Assembly (NCBI GenBank): GCA_965198125.1
Contig: CBDAOQ010000003.1
Location: forward strand, 3,407,953-3,471,952
DNA: 64,000 nt
From: Candidatus Versatilivorator sp.
Lineage (GTDB): Bacteria > Acidobacteriota > Terriglobia > Versatilivoradales > Versatilivoraceae
Direction of reading: 5' to 3'
Of the stretch, positions 1-8,990 are shown piece by piece. The first letter of the stretch is position 1. The number at the start of each line of letters is the position of its first letter. Made by a program: the position numbers and the translations under genes. The notes beneath the pieces are model-generated. The model saw only the letters and a program-made list of their open reading frames with translations. It searched no databases and was not told the DNA's origin.

Positions 1-468
1 GTCCCCCGCGGATTTCATTCCAAGGTTCTTGTCACAAAGCACGTAGAGAATTTGACCCAGGATCTCGGCCGGGTTGAGATTGCGCCTGAATCCCAGCATG
101 GCCGTCAAACAGAAACGGCAATCGAGAGGGCAGCCCGCCTGAGTCGAAATACACAGGGTATTGCGTTTCCGCTCGGGGATCAGGACGCACTCGATCTTCT
201 CCCCGTCCCGGAGTTCGAGCAGGTATTTCTCGGTACCGTCGGTGGCTCGCTGACGCCTTTGGAGCCGGGGCAGGGAAATGGTGCAGCTCGCAAGCTTCCG
301 CCTCAGGGATTTGGAGAGTTCGGTCATCGATCCCGGGTTCAGTTGGCGCCGGCGGTAGAGGGCCTCAAAGAGCTGGCGCCCGTGATAGGGATTCTCACCC
401 CAATCGACCATCAGGCCAGCCAGTTCAGCGGCGGTCAACCCCAATAGTTCGCCCCTGGAAGCATCCAT
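1..468 (-). CDS. rlmN: 23S rRNA (adenine2503-C2)-methyltransferase RlmN, N-terminal part (radical SAM); 3' end lies beyond window start
   Basis: Minus-strand translation from ATG at 468: MDASRGELLGLTAAELAGLMVDWGENPYHGRQLFEALYRRRQL...IECVLIPERKRNTLCISTQAGCPLDCRFCLTAM. This is the typical RlmN N-terminus with the CxxxCxxC radical-SAM cluster. It is absent from the ORF track because it runs off the edge. Confidence 0.85.
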   Translation of the reverse strand, partial: MDASRGELLGLTAAELAGLMVDWGENPYHGRQLFEALYRRRQLNPGSMTELSKSLRRKLASCTISLPRLQRRQRATDGTEKYLLELRDGEKIECVLIPERKRNTLCISTQAGCPLDCRFCLTAMLGFRRNLNPAEILGQILYVLCDKNLGMKSAGD

Positions 469-703
469 TGGCAGAAGTCTCCTGTTTTCAACCGGTTCAA
501 GCCGGGATTGTGATCATAGCAGAGGGATTGGAGACCGCGCAATCGCCGCCGGAGGCTCAGAGCCGCCATTTGGCGCCGGTGGTGTTCGGTGCTATATTTC
601 CACCTGATTTCAAAAGTTTGGCCCACAGCGTGAAGTGCTCAGGTTTTTGGGCGGGGGGCGAGGCAACCTGACCTGAAGGTGGGCCCGGTGCGTCAGAGGT
701 ATC

Positions 704-1855
704 ATGATCGGGAAGCTGCATTTTCGGCGTCTACGGTTGCGGAATTGGAGAAACTTCACCGGCGTGGAGGTCGCCATCCAGGACCGTCTGTTTCTCATAG
801 GCCCTAACGCGTCGGGAAAATCCAACTTCCTGGATGTTTTCCGCTTTCTGCGGGATCTGGCTGCGTCAGGCGGCGGCTTTCAAGAGGCGGTCGCCCGACG
901 GGGCGGGGTGAGCACCATCCGCTGCCTGGCGGCCCGCAGGCAGTCCGATGTCGAAATTGGGGTTGAATTGACCGAGGGAAAGGGAGGGAGTCAGTGGAAC
1001 TACGAGTTGGGCTTCCACCAGGACCAACAAAGACGGCCTCTGGTCTGCAAGGAGCGTGTCTTGCGCGATTGCGTGGAACTGGTCAAACGTCCCAATGAGG
1101 AAGACTACGCCGATCCCGAGCGTCTCACCCAAACCTGCCTGGAGCAGGTGAGCGTCAACCGGCCCTTCCGCGAGTTGGCTGCCTTCTTCGCATCCATTCG
1201 CTACCTGCACATCGTGCCCCAACTCATCCGCGACCCCGACCGTTCGGGGGGAGCCTTGAACGATCCGTTCGGCGGCGATTTCCTGGAGCAGGTCGCCGGG
1301 GCCCGGGAGCGCACCCGCAATGCGCGTCTCCGACGGATCGGGAAGGTCCTTCAGATGGCCGTACCCCAACTGGAAGCCATCGATCTATGGCACGATTCCA
1401 GGGGGATGCCTCATCTTCGCGGCAAATACCGGCACTGGCGCCCCCAGGGGGCCTGGCAAACCGAAGAGCAGTTCTCCGACGGCACCCTGAGGCTCATCGG
1501 CCTGCTCTGGTCTGCCATGGAGAAGGAGGGGCCGCTGTTGCTTGAGGAACCCGAACTCTCACTCCACCCCGGCATTGTCCGGGCGCTGCCGCGGATGCTG
1601 GCCCGGGTCCAGCGCGGAACCGGGAGACAGACCCTTCTGAGCACCCACTCTCCGGAGTTGCTGCGCGACAAGGAAATTGGTCCCCAGCAGACGCTGGTCG
1701 TCGTTCCAGGGGCCGAAGGCTCCCAGGCGATTCCCCTGGAGTCGAACGGCAAAGCCCGCGAGTTGCTGGAAAGCGGGTTCTCCCTTCTCGATGGCCTGAT
1801 TTCCAGGGACCGGTTTGAGCACTCGGGTCAACGCCCTTTGTTCGGGGAGGGGTGA
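704..1855 (+). CDS. ABC/AAA-family ATPase (AAA_21/AAA_15-like, AriA-like), no nuclease domain
   Basis: Walker A GPNASGKSN near the N-terminus. Signature-like SDGTLRLIGLL, Walker B LLLEEPELSLHP and H-loop LLSTHSPELL near the C-terminus. Sits immediately upstream of a second ATPase gene. Confidence 0.7.
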   Translation: MIGKLHFRRLRLRNWRNFTGVEVAIQDRLFLIGPNASGKSNFLDVFRFLRDLAASGGGFQEAVARRGGVSTIRCLAARRQSDVEIGVELTEGKGGSQWNYELGFHQDQQRRPLVCKERVLRDCVELVKRPNEEDYADPERLTQTCLEQVSVNRPFRELAAFFASIRYLHIVPQLIRDPDRSGGALNDPFGGDFLEQVAGARERTRNARLRRIGKVLQMAVPQLEAIDLWHDSRGMPHLRGKYRHWRPQGAWQTEEQFSDGTLRLIGLLWSAMEKEGPLLLEEPELSLHPGIVRALPRMLARVQRGTGRQTLLSTHSPELLRDKEIGPQQTLVVVPGAEGSQAIPLESNGKARELLESGFSLLDGLISRDRFEHSGQRPLFGEG

Positions 1856-1959
1856 AGGGGGTTGACGGGGCTTGCCGACCTGCATTCCGTCCAATATCCG
1901 CTTACCAATGAATCATGGCGGATGCAAGATGTTATGCTGATGGCCAAACCGAGGTGGCC

Positions 1960-3651
1960 ATGATCCGACGCCTAACCATCAAGAATTTCAAGCGGTTTCC
2001 AGAGCACCGATTCGAGTTGGCTGATTCCGTCGTGCTTGCCGGTCCCAACAACTCGGGGAAGTCCACACTACTACAGGCCATCGCCACCTGGAAGCTGGGA
2101 CTCGACCGATGGATCGCCCAACGTAAGGGAAACAAGAAGAGCAGGGCGGTCAGGCGGTCAGGGGTCTCTATCACCCGCGCTGACTTCACCCCGGTCCCAC
2201 TCCGCGAGATGAACCTCCTGTGGGAAGATCGCCGCGTTTCGGGCGGATCGGGAGAACCTCGTTTAATCGAGATAATCGTTGAAGGACACAACGATGGGAA
2301 ACCTTGGGAATGTGGACTGGAGTTTCAATACGCCAATCCCGAATTAGTCTATGTGCGGCCGCGTAATGCGAAAAAGCTTGACCAGTCTGCCATGGTTGCC
2401 TTCCCTCCACAGGCTGCCGAGAACCTTGGCGTCGTCTATGTGCCGCCACTATCGGGTATCGAGCGCGATGAGCCTCGCCGCGACAGGGGCATGCAGGATT
2501 TGCTTGTCGGTCAAGGCCGTCCCGGCGAAATACTGCGCAATCTCCTTTGGGAAATTGAGAAAAACGGGGAGAAGGAGGAGTGGAAGGAATTAGGCGCACA
2601 TATTCGTGACCTGTTCGAACTTGAACTGCAGAGACCTTCCTATTCGCCGGCTCAACCCTACATCGTGTGCGAATACCTGGAACCGGGACACTCACGACAG
2701 CTTGATCTGTCCAATGTCGGCAGTGGAACCCTTCAAGTGCTTCTCCTATTGGCGTTTTTGTATGCGCGTCCGGCAACCGTAATCCTCCTTGATGAACCCG
2801 ACGCCCACCAGCACGTCATTCTGCAAAAGCAGGTTTATGACCTGATTCGCAAGGTCGCTCACGAGCGCCGCGGACAAATGATTGTCGCTACTCATTCCGA
2901 AGTGGTCCTCGACGCAACCGAGCCGACCCGAGTGCTCGGGTTTTTCGGTGCGGCCCCGCGACCTCTGGCCAGCCAGACTGAGCGCGACCGAGTGCGTGAA
3001 GCGCTCAAGCGTGTCACCACCACGGATCTCCTTCTGGGTCGGGTGGCAGAGGCGGTGCTATATATCGAGGGTGAGACGGACGAGAGAATCTTGGCTGAGT
3101 GGGCACGGAAACTCAATCATCCAGTGCAGGAAGTTCTCAAACAGGCCGTGGTGCACTGGCTTGGTGGGCGAAGCCTTCGCGAGGCAAAGGAACACTTCTT
3201 TGCCATGAGGGCGGCGTTCCCCAATTTGCGTGCGCTTTGCCTTCTTGATGGAGACAATCGTGACCAACCGGATACGGAGACAACAGTCGCGGGTCTGGTC
3301 GTCCTGCGATGGACGCGCTACGAGATTGAGAACTATCTCTTACAGCCGGGAGCCATAAAGCGATTCGTGGAATTGCCGCCGTTAATGGAGCCACAAGTCG
3401 ATGAGGCCTTTTGGAAACAGGTACCACCGGGCACTGATCTTTTCGGAAAACATGTCTCGTTGGTGCGGGTCAAGGCCAGCACCGAGTTTCTGGTTCCTCT
3501 ACTTGACGATGTCGGTAGAAATACTCCCAAAAAAGACCTGTACCTGCTGGCAAACCTGATGACTAAAGAGGAAATTCATCCGGAGGTGCATCAAAAGCTC
3601 GATCGCATCGCGGTGATACTTAAACCGACGCAAGGAGAATCGTTGCCTTGA
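1960..3651 (+). CDS. OLD-family-like ATP-dependent endonuclease: N-terminal ABC ATPase plus C-terminal TOPRIM/DUF4435-like domain
   Basis: Start at MIRRLTIKNF with RBS GAGGTGG upstream. Walker A GPNNSGKST and Walker B ILLDEPDAHQH. C-terminal YIEGETDERIL (EGxxD TOPRIM-like), LLDGDNRDQPD (DxD) and RYEIENYL. Lower GC than the flanks. Confidence 0.65.
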   Translation: MIRRLTIKNFKRFPEHRFELADSVVLAGPNNSGKSTLLQAIATWKLGLDRWIAQRKGNKKSRAVRRSGVSITRADFTPVPLREMNLLWEDRRVSGGSGEPRLIEIIVEGHNDGKPWECGLEFQYANPELVYVRPRNAKKLDQSAMVAFPPQAAENLGVVYVPPLSGIERDEPRRDRGMQDLLVGQGRPGEILRNLLWEIEKNGEKEEWKELGAHIRDLFELELQRPSYSPAQPYIVCEYLEPGHSRQLDLSNVGSGTLQVLLLLAFLYARPATVILLDEPDAHQHVILQKQVYDLIRKVAHERRGQMIVATHSEVVLDATEPTRVLGFFGAAPRPLASQTERDRVREALKRVTTTDLLLGRVAEAVLYIEGETDERILAEWARKLNHPVQEVLKQAVVHWLGGRSLREAKEHFFAMRAAFPNLRALCLLDGDNRDQPDTETTVAGLVVLRWTRYEIENYLLQPGAIKRFVELPPLMEPQVDEAFWKQVPPGTDLFGKHVSLVRVKASTEFLVPLLDDVGRNTPKKDLYLLANLMTKEEIHPEVHQKLDRIAVILKPTQGESLP

Positions 3652-4283
3652 AGCCTTGTACCGGATCGTCAACGCGTATACCAACGCTACGAAAATCCCC
3701 TGGATTCGCTCGACCCATTTGACAATCGATCGTAAGACGGTTGTGAAAAGTCTAGGGCTCTTTGTTGGCTGAACGCTCTGATAGCGACCGACAGATCGTG
3801 TTCGTCAGCGGTCCGCGAACAGTGGCGGAACCCACTAGTGACGTCGTCACCCCCACACCTACCTCAACTCGTCTCCGGCGAGCTTGCAAAGGAGGTTCGC
3901 CTATCGCTGGATACGATTCGAGGTTGGATTGGTATTCTGTGCTCTTTCCATCTAGGTTTTCCGGTCAGGCCCTGGTTGAAGGATTTGGGTTTACCTTTCT
4001 GTCGCAACTCCAGGGAAGGTCCCGACTCCGAGTTCTGGCCGGACTTGACGGAGGTTCGCCAACGCCCCTTGGGGTCTGGACGGGAACAAGATATAAGGTA
4101 CTGATTATTAAACGTTTAATCCTCAGGGCCCGCTAAGATATGATCGCAGTTTTCCGTTGAAACCCCACCGGGCTTATGTTAGCTTGAGCCTGCACCTACG
4201 CGGCCCCACGGATTCTCTCACTGCCGCAGCCACAGTCGAGTCTTCCGGAACAATCCAACTCGCACCTCCAGGACACGGACCCC

Positions 4284-5552
4284 ATGGAGAATGTCAAAAA
4301 GGACGTGTTGGACAATGGGCTCACGGTTCTCACCGAGCGCATGCCTCACGTCCGTTCCGTTTCCATGGGGGTCTGGGTGAAGACGGGCTCCCGCAGCGAA
4401 ACCCCTGAGTTGAACGGTGTGGCTCATTTCGTCGAGCACCTGCTGTTCAAGGGTACCCGGCGGCGCACGGCCGAAGAGATTGCCAAGGAGGTGGACTCCA
4501 TCGGCGGCCACCTGGATGCCTTTACGGGCAAGGAAACCGTCTGTTACAGCGCCAAAGTCCTGGATGACCACCTTCCCCTGGCCTTCGATATTCTGTCCGA
4601 TCTCGTGCTCAATCCCCGGTTCGATCCCGACGAGATGGAGCGGGAACGCTCGGTGGTTCTGGAGGAGATCAAGATGGAGGAGGACATTCCGGACGATCTG
4701 GTTTGCGAGATCTTCACTCAGAACTTCTGGAAGAATCAACCTCTGGGACGGCCGATCCTGGGAACCAGCCAGACAGTCAGCCGCCTGGACCGAGACAGGG
4801 TGGCCGATTTTTTCCGCGAGCACTACACTCCGGACCAACTGGTGATCTCGGCCGCGGGCCACCTGGACCACCGCAACATCCTGGACCTGGCCTTGCGGCA
4901 TTTCGGCCACCTGGAACGCCGGTCGAACGGACGAGCCCTGGCTCCGGCCAAACCTTGCAATCCCATCTCATTGCGCACCAAGAAAGAGCTGGAACAAGCC
5001 CACGTTTGCCTGGGTGTTCCCGGCTGCGCCCTCGCCGACCAAAACCGGTTCGCGTTCTACCTCTTGAGCACGATCCTGGGTGCCGGCATGAGTTCCCGGC
5101 TCTTTCAGAACATCAGGGAAAAACAGGGCTTGGCCTATGCCATCTTCTCGGGGTTGAGTTCATTCCGGGACACCGGCTGTCTGTTGGTCTATGCGGGAAC
5201 CTCTCTGAAAAACGTCGGAAGGGTGGTGAGTTCCATTGTGCGGGAGTTGCGTGATCTTAAAGAGCGTCAAGTGGGAACCGAGGAACTGCGGCGAGCCAAG
5301 GATCACATGAAGGGGAGCCTTTTGCTGAGCCTGGAATCCAGTTCCAGCCGCATGTCCAACCTGGCGCGGCAGGAACTCTGTTTCGGGGATTACAAACCGC
5401 TGCAGGAGACGATACTGGATATCGATCGAGTTTCCGCAGATGAAATTCAGGCCTTGGCCCATTCGGTTTTTGACACTCCTCAGGTGGCTCTCACCGTGCT
5501 GGGCAACCTGGATGGAGTCCGGTTTACCCGTGCCGACCTGGATTGCGGATGA
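4284..5552 (+). CDS. M16 family zinc peptidase (insulinase/pitrilysin-like)
   Basis: Inverted zinc motif HFVEHLLFKG (HxxEH) near the N-terminus; 422 aa; coding-like composition. Confidence 0.85.
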   Translation: MENVKKDVLDNGLTVLTERMPHVRSVSMGVWVKTGSRSETPELNGVAHFVEHLLFKGTRRRTAEEIAKEVDSIGGHLDAFTGKETVCYSAKVLDDHLPLAFDILSDLVLNPRFDPDEMERERSVVLEEIKMEEDIPDDLVCEIFTQNFWKNQPLGRPILGTSQTVSRLDRDRVADFFREHYTPDQLVISAAGHLDHRNILDLALRHFGHLERRSNGRALAPAKPCNPISLRTKKELEQAHVCLGVPGCALADQNRFAFYLLSTILGAGMSSRLFQNIREKQGLAYAIFSGLSSFRDTGCLLVYAGTSLKNVGRVVSSIVRELRDLKERQVGTEELRRAKDHMKGSLLLSLESSSSRMSNLARQELCFGDYKPLQETILDIDRVSADEIQALAHSVFDTPQVALTVLGNLDGVRFTRADLDCG

Positions 5553-5679
5553 GCGGTCAGCCGAGGCAAGGTCAAGGCCGGTCAGGGATTTCAGGTAACG
5601 TTGAAGGAAAGGCCGCGGCGCTGGCGGACGGTCCTCAGGCGATGCATGCAAGTTTTCCGCGGTGAAGCCGGACGGGGCA

Positions 5680-6459
5680 ATGGTGGCGGTTACCGTTTCA
5701 ATACTGGGCAGCGGGAGTTCCGGCAACTGTACCTTCATTGCCACCGGAAGAGTCAAGCTGCTTCTGGATGCCGGATTCAGTCGGGCCCAGACGGCCAGGA
5801 GGCTGTTGGCCATCGGAGAATCGCTGGAAGACATCGATGCCCTGGTCATTTCACACGAGCACTCCGACCACGTCAAGGGCTTGGCGGGGCTCCTGAAGAC
5901 CTGTGATATTCTCACCTTCGTCGGAGAGGCGACTTACGAGGCGCTTTCACTCAAGCCTGTGCTGAAGAGGAGGGAATGCCTCAGGGCCGGAGAGTCGTTT
6001 CAGCTTGGCGACGTGACGATTTCCCCGTTTTCCGTTCCCCACGACGCTGCCGACCCCCTGGCATTCAACCTGGAAGCCGAGGGAATCAAAATCTCTCATG
6101 TGATGGACCTGGGCGTCCTCACCGAATTGGTGCGCCGCCGAATGGCGGGAAGTGACCTGCTGGTCCTGGAATCCAACCACGACCTGGAAATGTTGCGTCT
6201 CAGTCCCTACCCCTGGGCGGTGAAGCAACGAATCATGAGTCGTCATGGCCATCTTTCCAACGAAAGCGTCGGGAAATTCTTTGAGGAGGACTTTGACGGC
6301 AAAGCCGCATACATCCTGCTGGCTCACCTGAGCGAGAACAACAACCACCCCGATATCGCACGCATGGTCGCCCGCAAAGCCTTGGAAAAGAGAGGGTTTG
6401 ACTTGGATAATCTGCTCTTGGCCTCTCGGTCCGGTCCGAGCCGGGTCATCCACCTTTAG
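5680..6459 (+). CDS. MBL-fold metallo-hydrolase (YycJ/PhnP-like)
   Basis: HEHSDHVKG (HxHxDH) metallo-beta-lactamase motif; about 260 aa. Confidence 0.8.
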   Translation: MVAVTVSILGSGSSGNCTFIATGRVKLLLDAGFSRAQTARRLLAIGESLEDIDALVISHEHSDHVKGLAGLLKTCDILTFVGEATYEALSLKPVLKRRECLRAGESFQLGDVTISPFSVPHDAADPLAFNLEAEGIKISHVMDLGVLTELVRRRMAGSDLLVLESNHDLEMLRLSPYPWAVKQRIMSRHGHLSNESVGKFFEEDFDGKAAYILLAHLSENNNHPDIARMVARKALEKRGFDLDNLLLASRSGPSRVIHL

Positions 6460-6541
6460 GTCTCTCGAAGGCTGGATTGCCTGCAGGTCAGCCTGGCCGG
6501 GCCTCCGGGGCCGTGGTCGCTTTTCAGGAGGATCCTCCACC

Positions 6542-7837
6542 GTGATTGAGCGTTACACCCGTCCCCGCATGGGGCAGATCTGGACTCCGGAAAACAAGTT
6601 CCGGAAATGGTTGGAAGTGGAGCTGGCCTGTGTGGAGGTCCTGGCTCAGCGGGGCGTGATCCCCGGGGATGCGGCTCGGGTGATTCGGGAAAAGGCCGAC
6701 TTCGACGTGTCCAGGATCGATGAAATTGAGCGCGAGGTCAAACATGACGTGGTTGCCTTCACCACCTCGGTGGCCGAGCACGTGGGGCCGGAGTCCCGCT
6801 ATGTTCACTACGGTCTGACCTCCTCCGACGTGGTGGATACGGCCCTGGCTCTGCAACTCAAGGAAGCTTCGGAGATTCTGACCGAAGGGCTGGCCGAGTT
6901 CCTGAAGGTACTGGGAAGGCGTGCCCATGAGTTCAAGAGAACGGTCATGGTGGGCCGGACTCACGGCATTCATGCCGAACCGACCACGCTGGGCCTCAAG
7001 CTGGCCGTGTGGTACGAAGAAGCCCGCCGCAATCAGAGGCGGCTCCAGGCCGCGGCTGAATGCGTTCGTGTGGGAAAGTTGTCCGGAGCCGTCGGGACCT
7101 TTGCCCACCTCGATCCCACGGTGGAGGAATCCGTTTGCCGCATCCTGGGACTGCAGCCCGACCCGGTTTCAACCCAGATCGTGCAGCGCGACCGGCATGC
7201 CGAATATCTGTCGGCGCTGGCTCTGATTGCGGCCAGCCTGGAGAAGATCGCTACCGAGGTCCGGGGGCTGCAGCGCACCGAGGTTCGTGAGGTCGAGGAG
7301 TACTTCTCAGCCGGGCAGAAGGGCTCTTCGGCGATGCCGCACAAAAGGAATCCCGTAACCTCCGAACAGATATCCGGCCTGGCCCGGGTGGTGCGCTCCA
7401 ATCTGCTGGCAGGCCTGGAAAACATCACGCTTTGGCACGAGCGGGATATTTCCCACTCGTCGGTGGAGCGTGTGATTCTGCCGGATTCAACCATTCTGGT
7501 CGACTATCTGTTGGCCAAGACCACGCGACTGCTGGAAAGACTGCTGGTCTATCCGGAGCGCATGGTGGAGAACCTGAATCTGATGAAGGGATTGATCTTT
7601 TCCGGCCAGCTTCTCCTCGACCTCACTCGCAAGGGCGTCAGTCGAGAGGAGGCCTATCGATGGGTGCAGCGAGACGCCATGCGCGTCTGGTCGGAGAGGG
7701 CGGAATTCAAGAGCCTGGTCCTGCAGGACGAGGAGATTCTCCAACATCTGTCTCCCTCCGAGATCGAAACCAGCTTCGATCTGGAGCACCAGTTGCGCCA
7801 CGTGGATGCCGTATTCGAGCGTGTTTTCGGTGGGTGA
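6542..7837 (+). CDS. purB: adenylosuccinate lyase
   Basis: GTG start giving (M)IERYTRPRMGQIWTPENKF, the canonical PurB N-terminus; fumarate-lyase family length. Confidence 0.9.
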   Translation: MIERYTRPRMGQIWTPENKFRKWLEVELACVEVLAQRGVIPGDAARVIREKADFDVSRIDEIEREVKHDVVAFTTSVAEHVGPESRYVHYGLTSSDVVDTALALQLKEASEILTEGLAEFLKVLGRRAHEFKRTVMVGRTHGIHAEPTTLGLKLAVWYEEARRNQRRLQAAAECVRVGKLSGAVGTFAHLDPTVEESVCRILGLQPDPVSTQIVQRDRHAEYLSALALIAASLEKIATEVRGLQRTEVREVEEYFSAGQKGSSAMPHKRNPVTSEQISGLARVVRSNLLAGLENITLWHERDISHSSVERVILPDSTILVDYLLAKTTRLLERLLVYPERMVENLNLMKGLIFSGQLLLDLTRKGVSREEAYRWVQRDAMRVWSERAEFKSLVLQDEEILQHLSPSEIETSFDLEHQLRHVDAVFERVFGG

Positions 7838-7949
7838 GAAATGCGGGCGAGCCCAGCACCATCTGTACCTGCAAGCCTTTTTAAACAGTGCCAATAGGGT
7901 GTTGAAGATCAACTGCCTTTACAGGAAGTACTTAGCGACCCGGTGAGAA

Positions 7950-8192
7950 ATGCGGGCTAGAGTTTACGTCAGTCTCAAGAAAAGCGTTCTGGACCCCCAG
8001 GGCAAGACCATTCACCACAGTCTGCAGAATATCGGCTTTCGAAAGATTACCGAGGTGCGACAGGGGAAATTTTTCGAAATCGACTTTGCCTCCGAGCTGA
8101 CTCGGGAAGAAGTTCGGACTGAAGTCGAAAAAATAGCCAAGGACGTTTTGACCAACCCGGTCATTGAGGAATTCAGCTACCAGATCGAGTAG
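7950..8192 (+). CDS. purS: phosphoribosylformylglycinamidine synthase subunit PurS
   Basis: 80 aa, MRARVYVSLKKSVLDPQG..., PurS family; sits between purB and purQ. Confidence 0.85.
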   Translation: MRARVYVSLKKSVLDPQGKTIHHSLQNIGFRKITEVRQGKFFEIDFASELTREEVRTEVEKIAKDVLTNPVIEEFSYQIE

Positions 8193-8285
8193 TTACGTCC
8201 GGCATGGAGGGAGGCGGTCGTGGCAAAAGGAAGTCCCATCGGCCATGGCCACCCCTTGCGGCCGGTTTCCAGCGGATGGTTGAAG

Positions 8286-8990
8286 ATGAAATTCGGGGTC
8301 CTGATCTTCCCTGGCAGCAATTGCGAGCACGATGCCTATCACGCCGTTCGCAAGGTGCTGCAGCAGCCGGCGGAGTTCATCTGGCATCAGTCCACCGACC
8401 TCAAGGATTGCCAGGCCATCATCGTTCCCGGGGGATTCTCCTACGGAGATTACCTGCGCACCGGGGCCATTGCCCGCTTCTCTCCGGTGATGGGGGCGGT
8501 TCGGCGTTTCGCCGACGGGGGCGGATTGGTCCTGGGCATCTGCAACGGCTTCCAGATTCTGCTGGAGTCGGGGCTGCTGCCGGGAGCCATGCTGAGAAAC
8601 CGGGGGTTGAAGTATGTGTGTCAACAGGTCTCGATTCGGGTGGAGAACGCGCGGACTCCCTTTACCGGCCTGGCCAGGGAAGGCGATGTCTGGACCATCC
8701 CCATCGGGCACATGGAGGGCAACTACACCCTTGACTCCGAAGCTCTCCAGAGCCTGGAGAAAAACCGGCAGGTGGTATTTCGCTACTGCTCCCCGGACGG
8801 TGAGATTGCCCCTGGCTCCAATCCCAACGGCTCGGTGGCCAATGTGGCCGGGATCTGCAATCCCCGTGGCAATGTGCTGGGAATGATGCCTCACCCCGAA
8901 AGAGCCAGCGAACCGCTGCTGGGAAGCGAGGACGGGGTGCTGCTTTTTCAGTCGATGATCCATGCGAGCCAATCCGTCGATGACACCTGA
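8286..8990 (+). CDS. purQ: phosphoribosylformylglycinamidine synthase glutaminase subunit PurQ
   Basis: [17 protein letters not shown]-terminus; glutamine amidotransferase class I. Confidence 0.9.
   Translation: MKFGVLIFPGSNCEHDAYHAVRKVLQQPAEFIWHQSTDLKDCQAIIVPGGFSYGDYLRTGAIARFSPVMGAVRRFADGGGLVLGICNGFQILLESGLLPGAMLRNRGLKYVCQQVSIRVENARTPFTGLAREGDVWTIPIGHMEGNYTLDSEALQSLEKNRQVVFRYCSPDGEIAPGSNPNGSVANVAGICNPRGNVLGMMPHPERASEPLLGSEDGVLLFQSMIHASQSVDDT

Noticed and set aside
52-447. 131-aa plus-strand ORF at the window start
   Set aside because: It lies antisense to a clear rlmN N-terminal coding sequence on the minus strand. High GC keeps the antisense frame open.
1915-1959. Upstream ATG (1915) for the OLD-like gene
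   Set aside because: An ATG at 1960 preceded by a GAGGTGG RBS gives the family-typical MIRRLTIKNF N-terminus. The 15-aa extension is unlikely.
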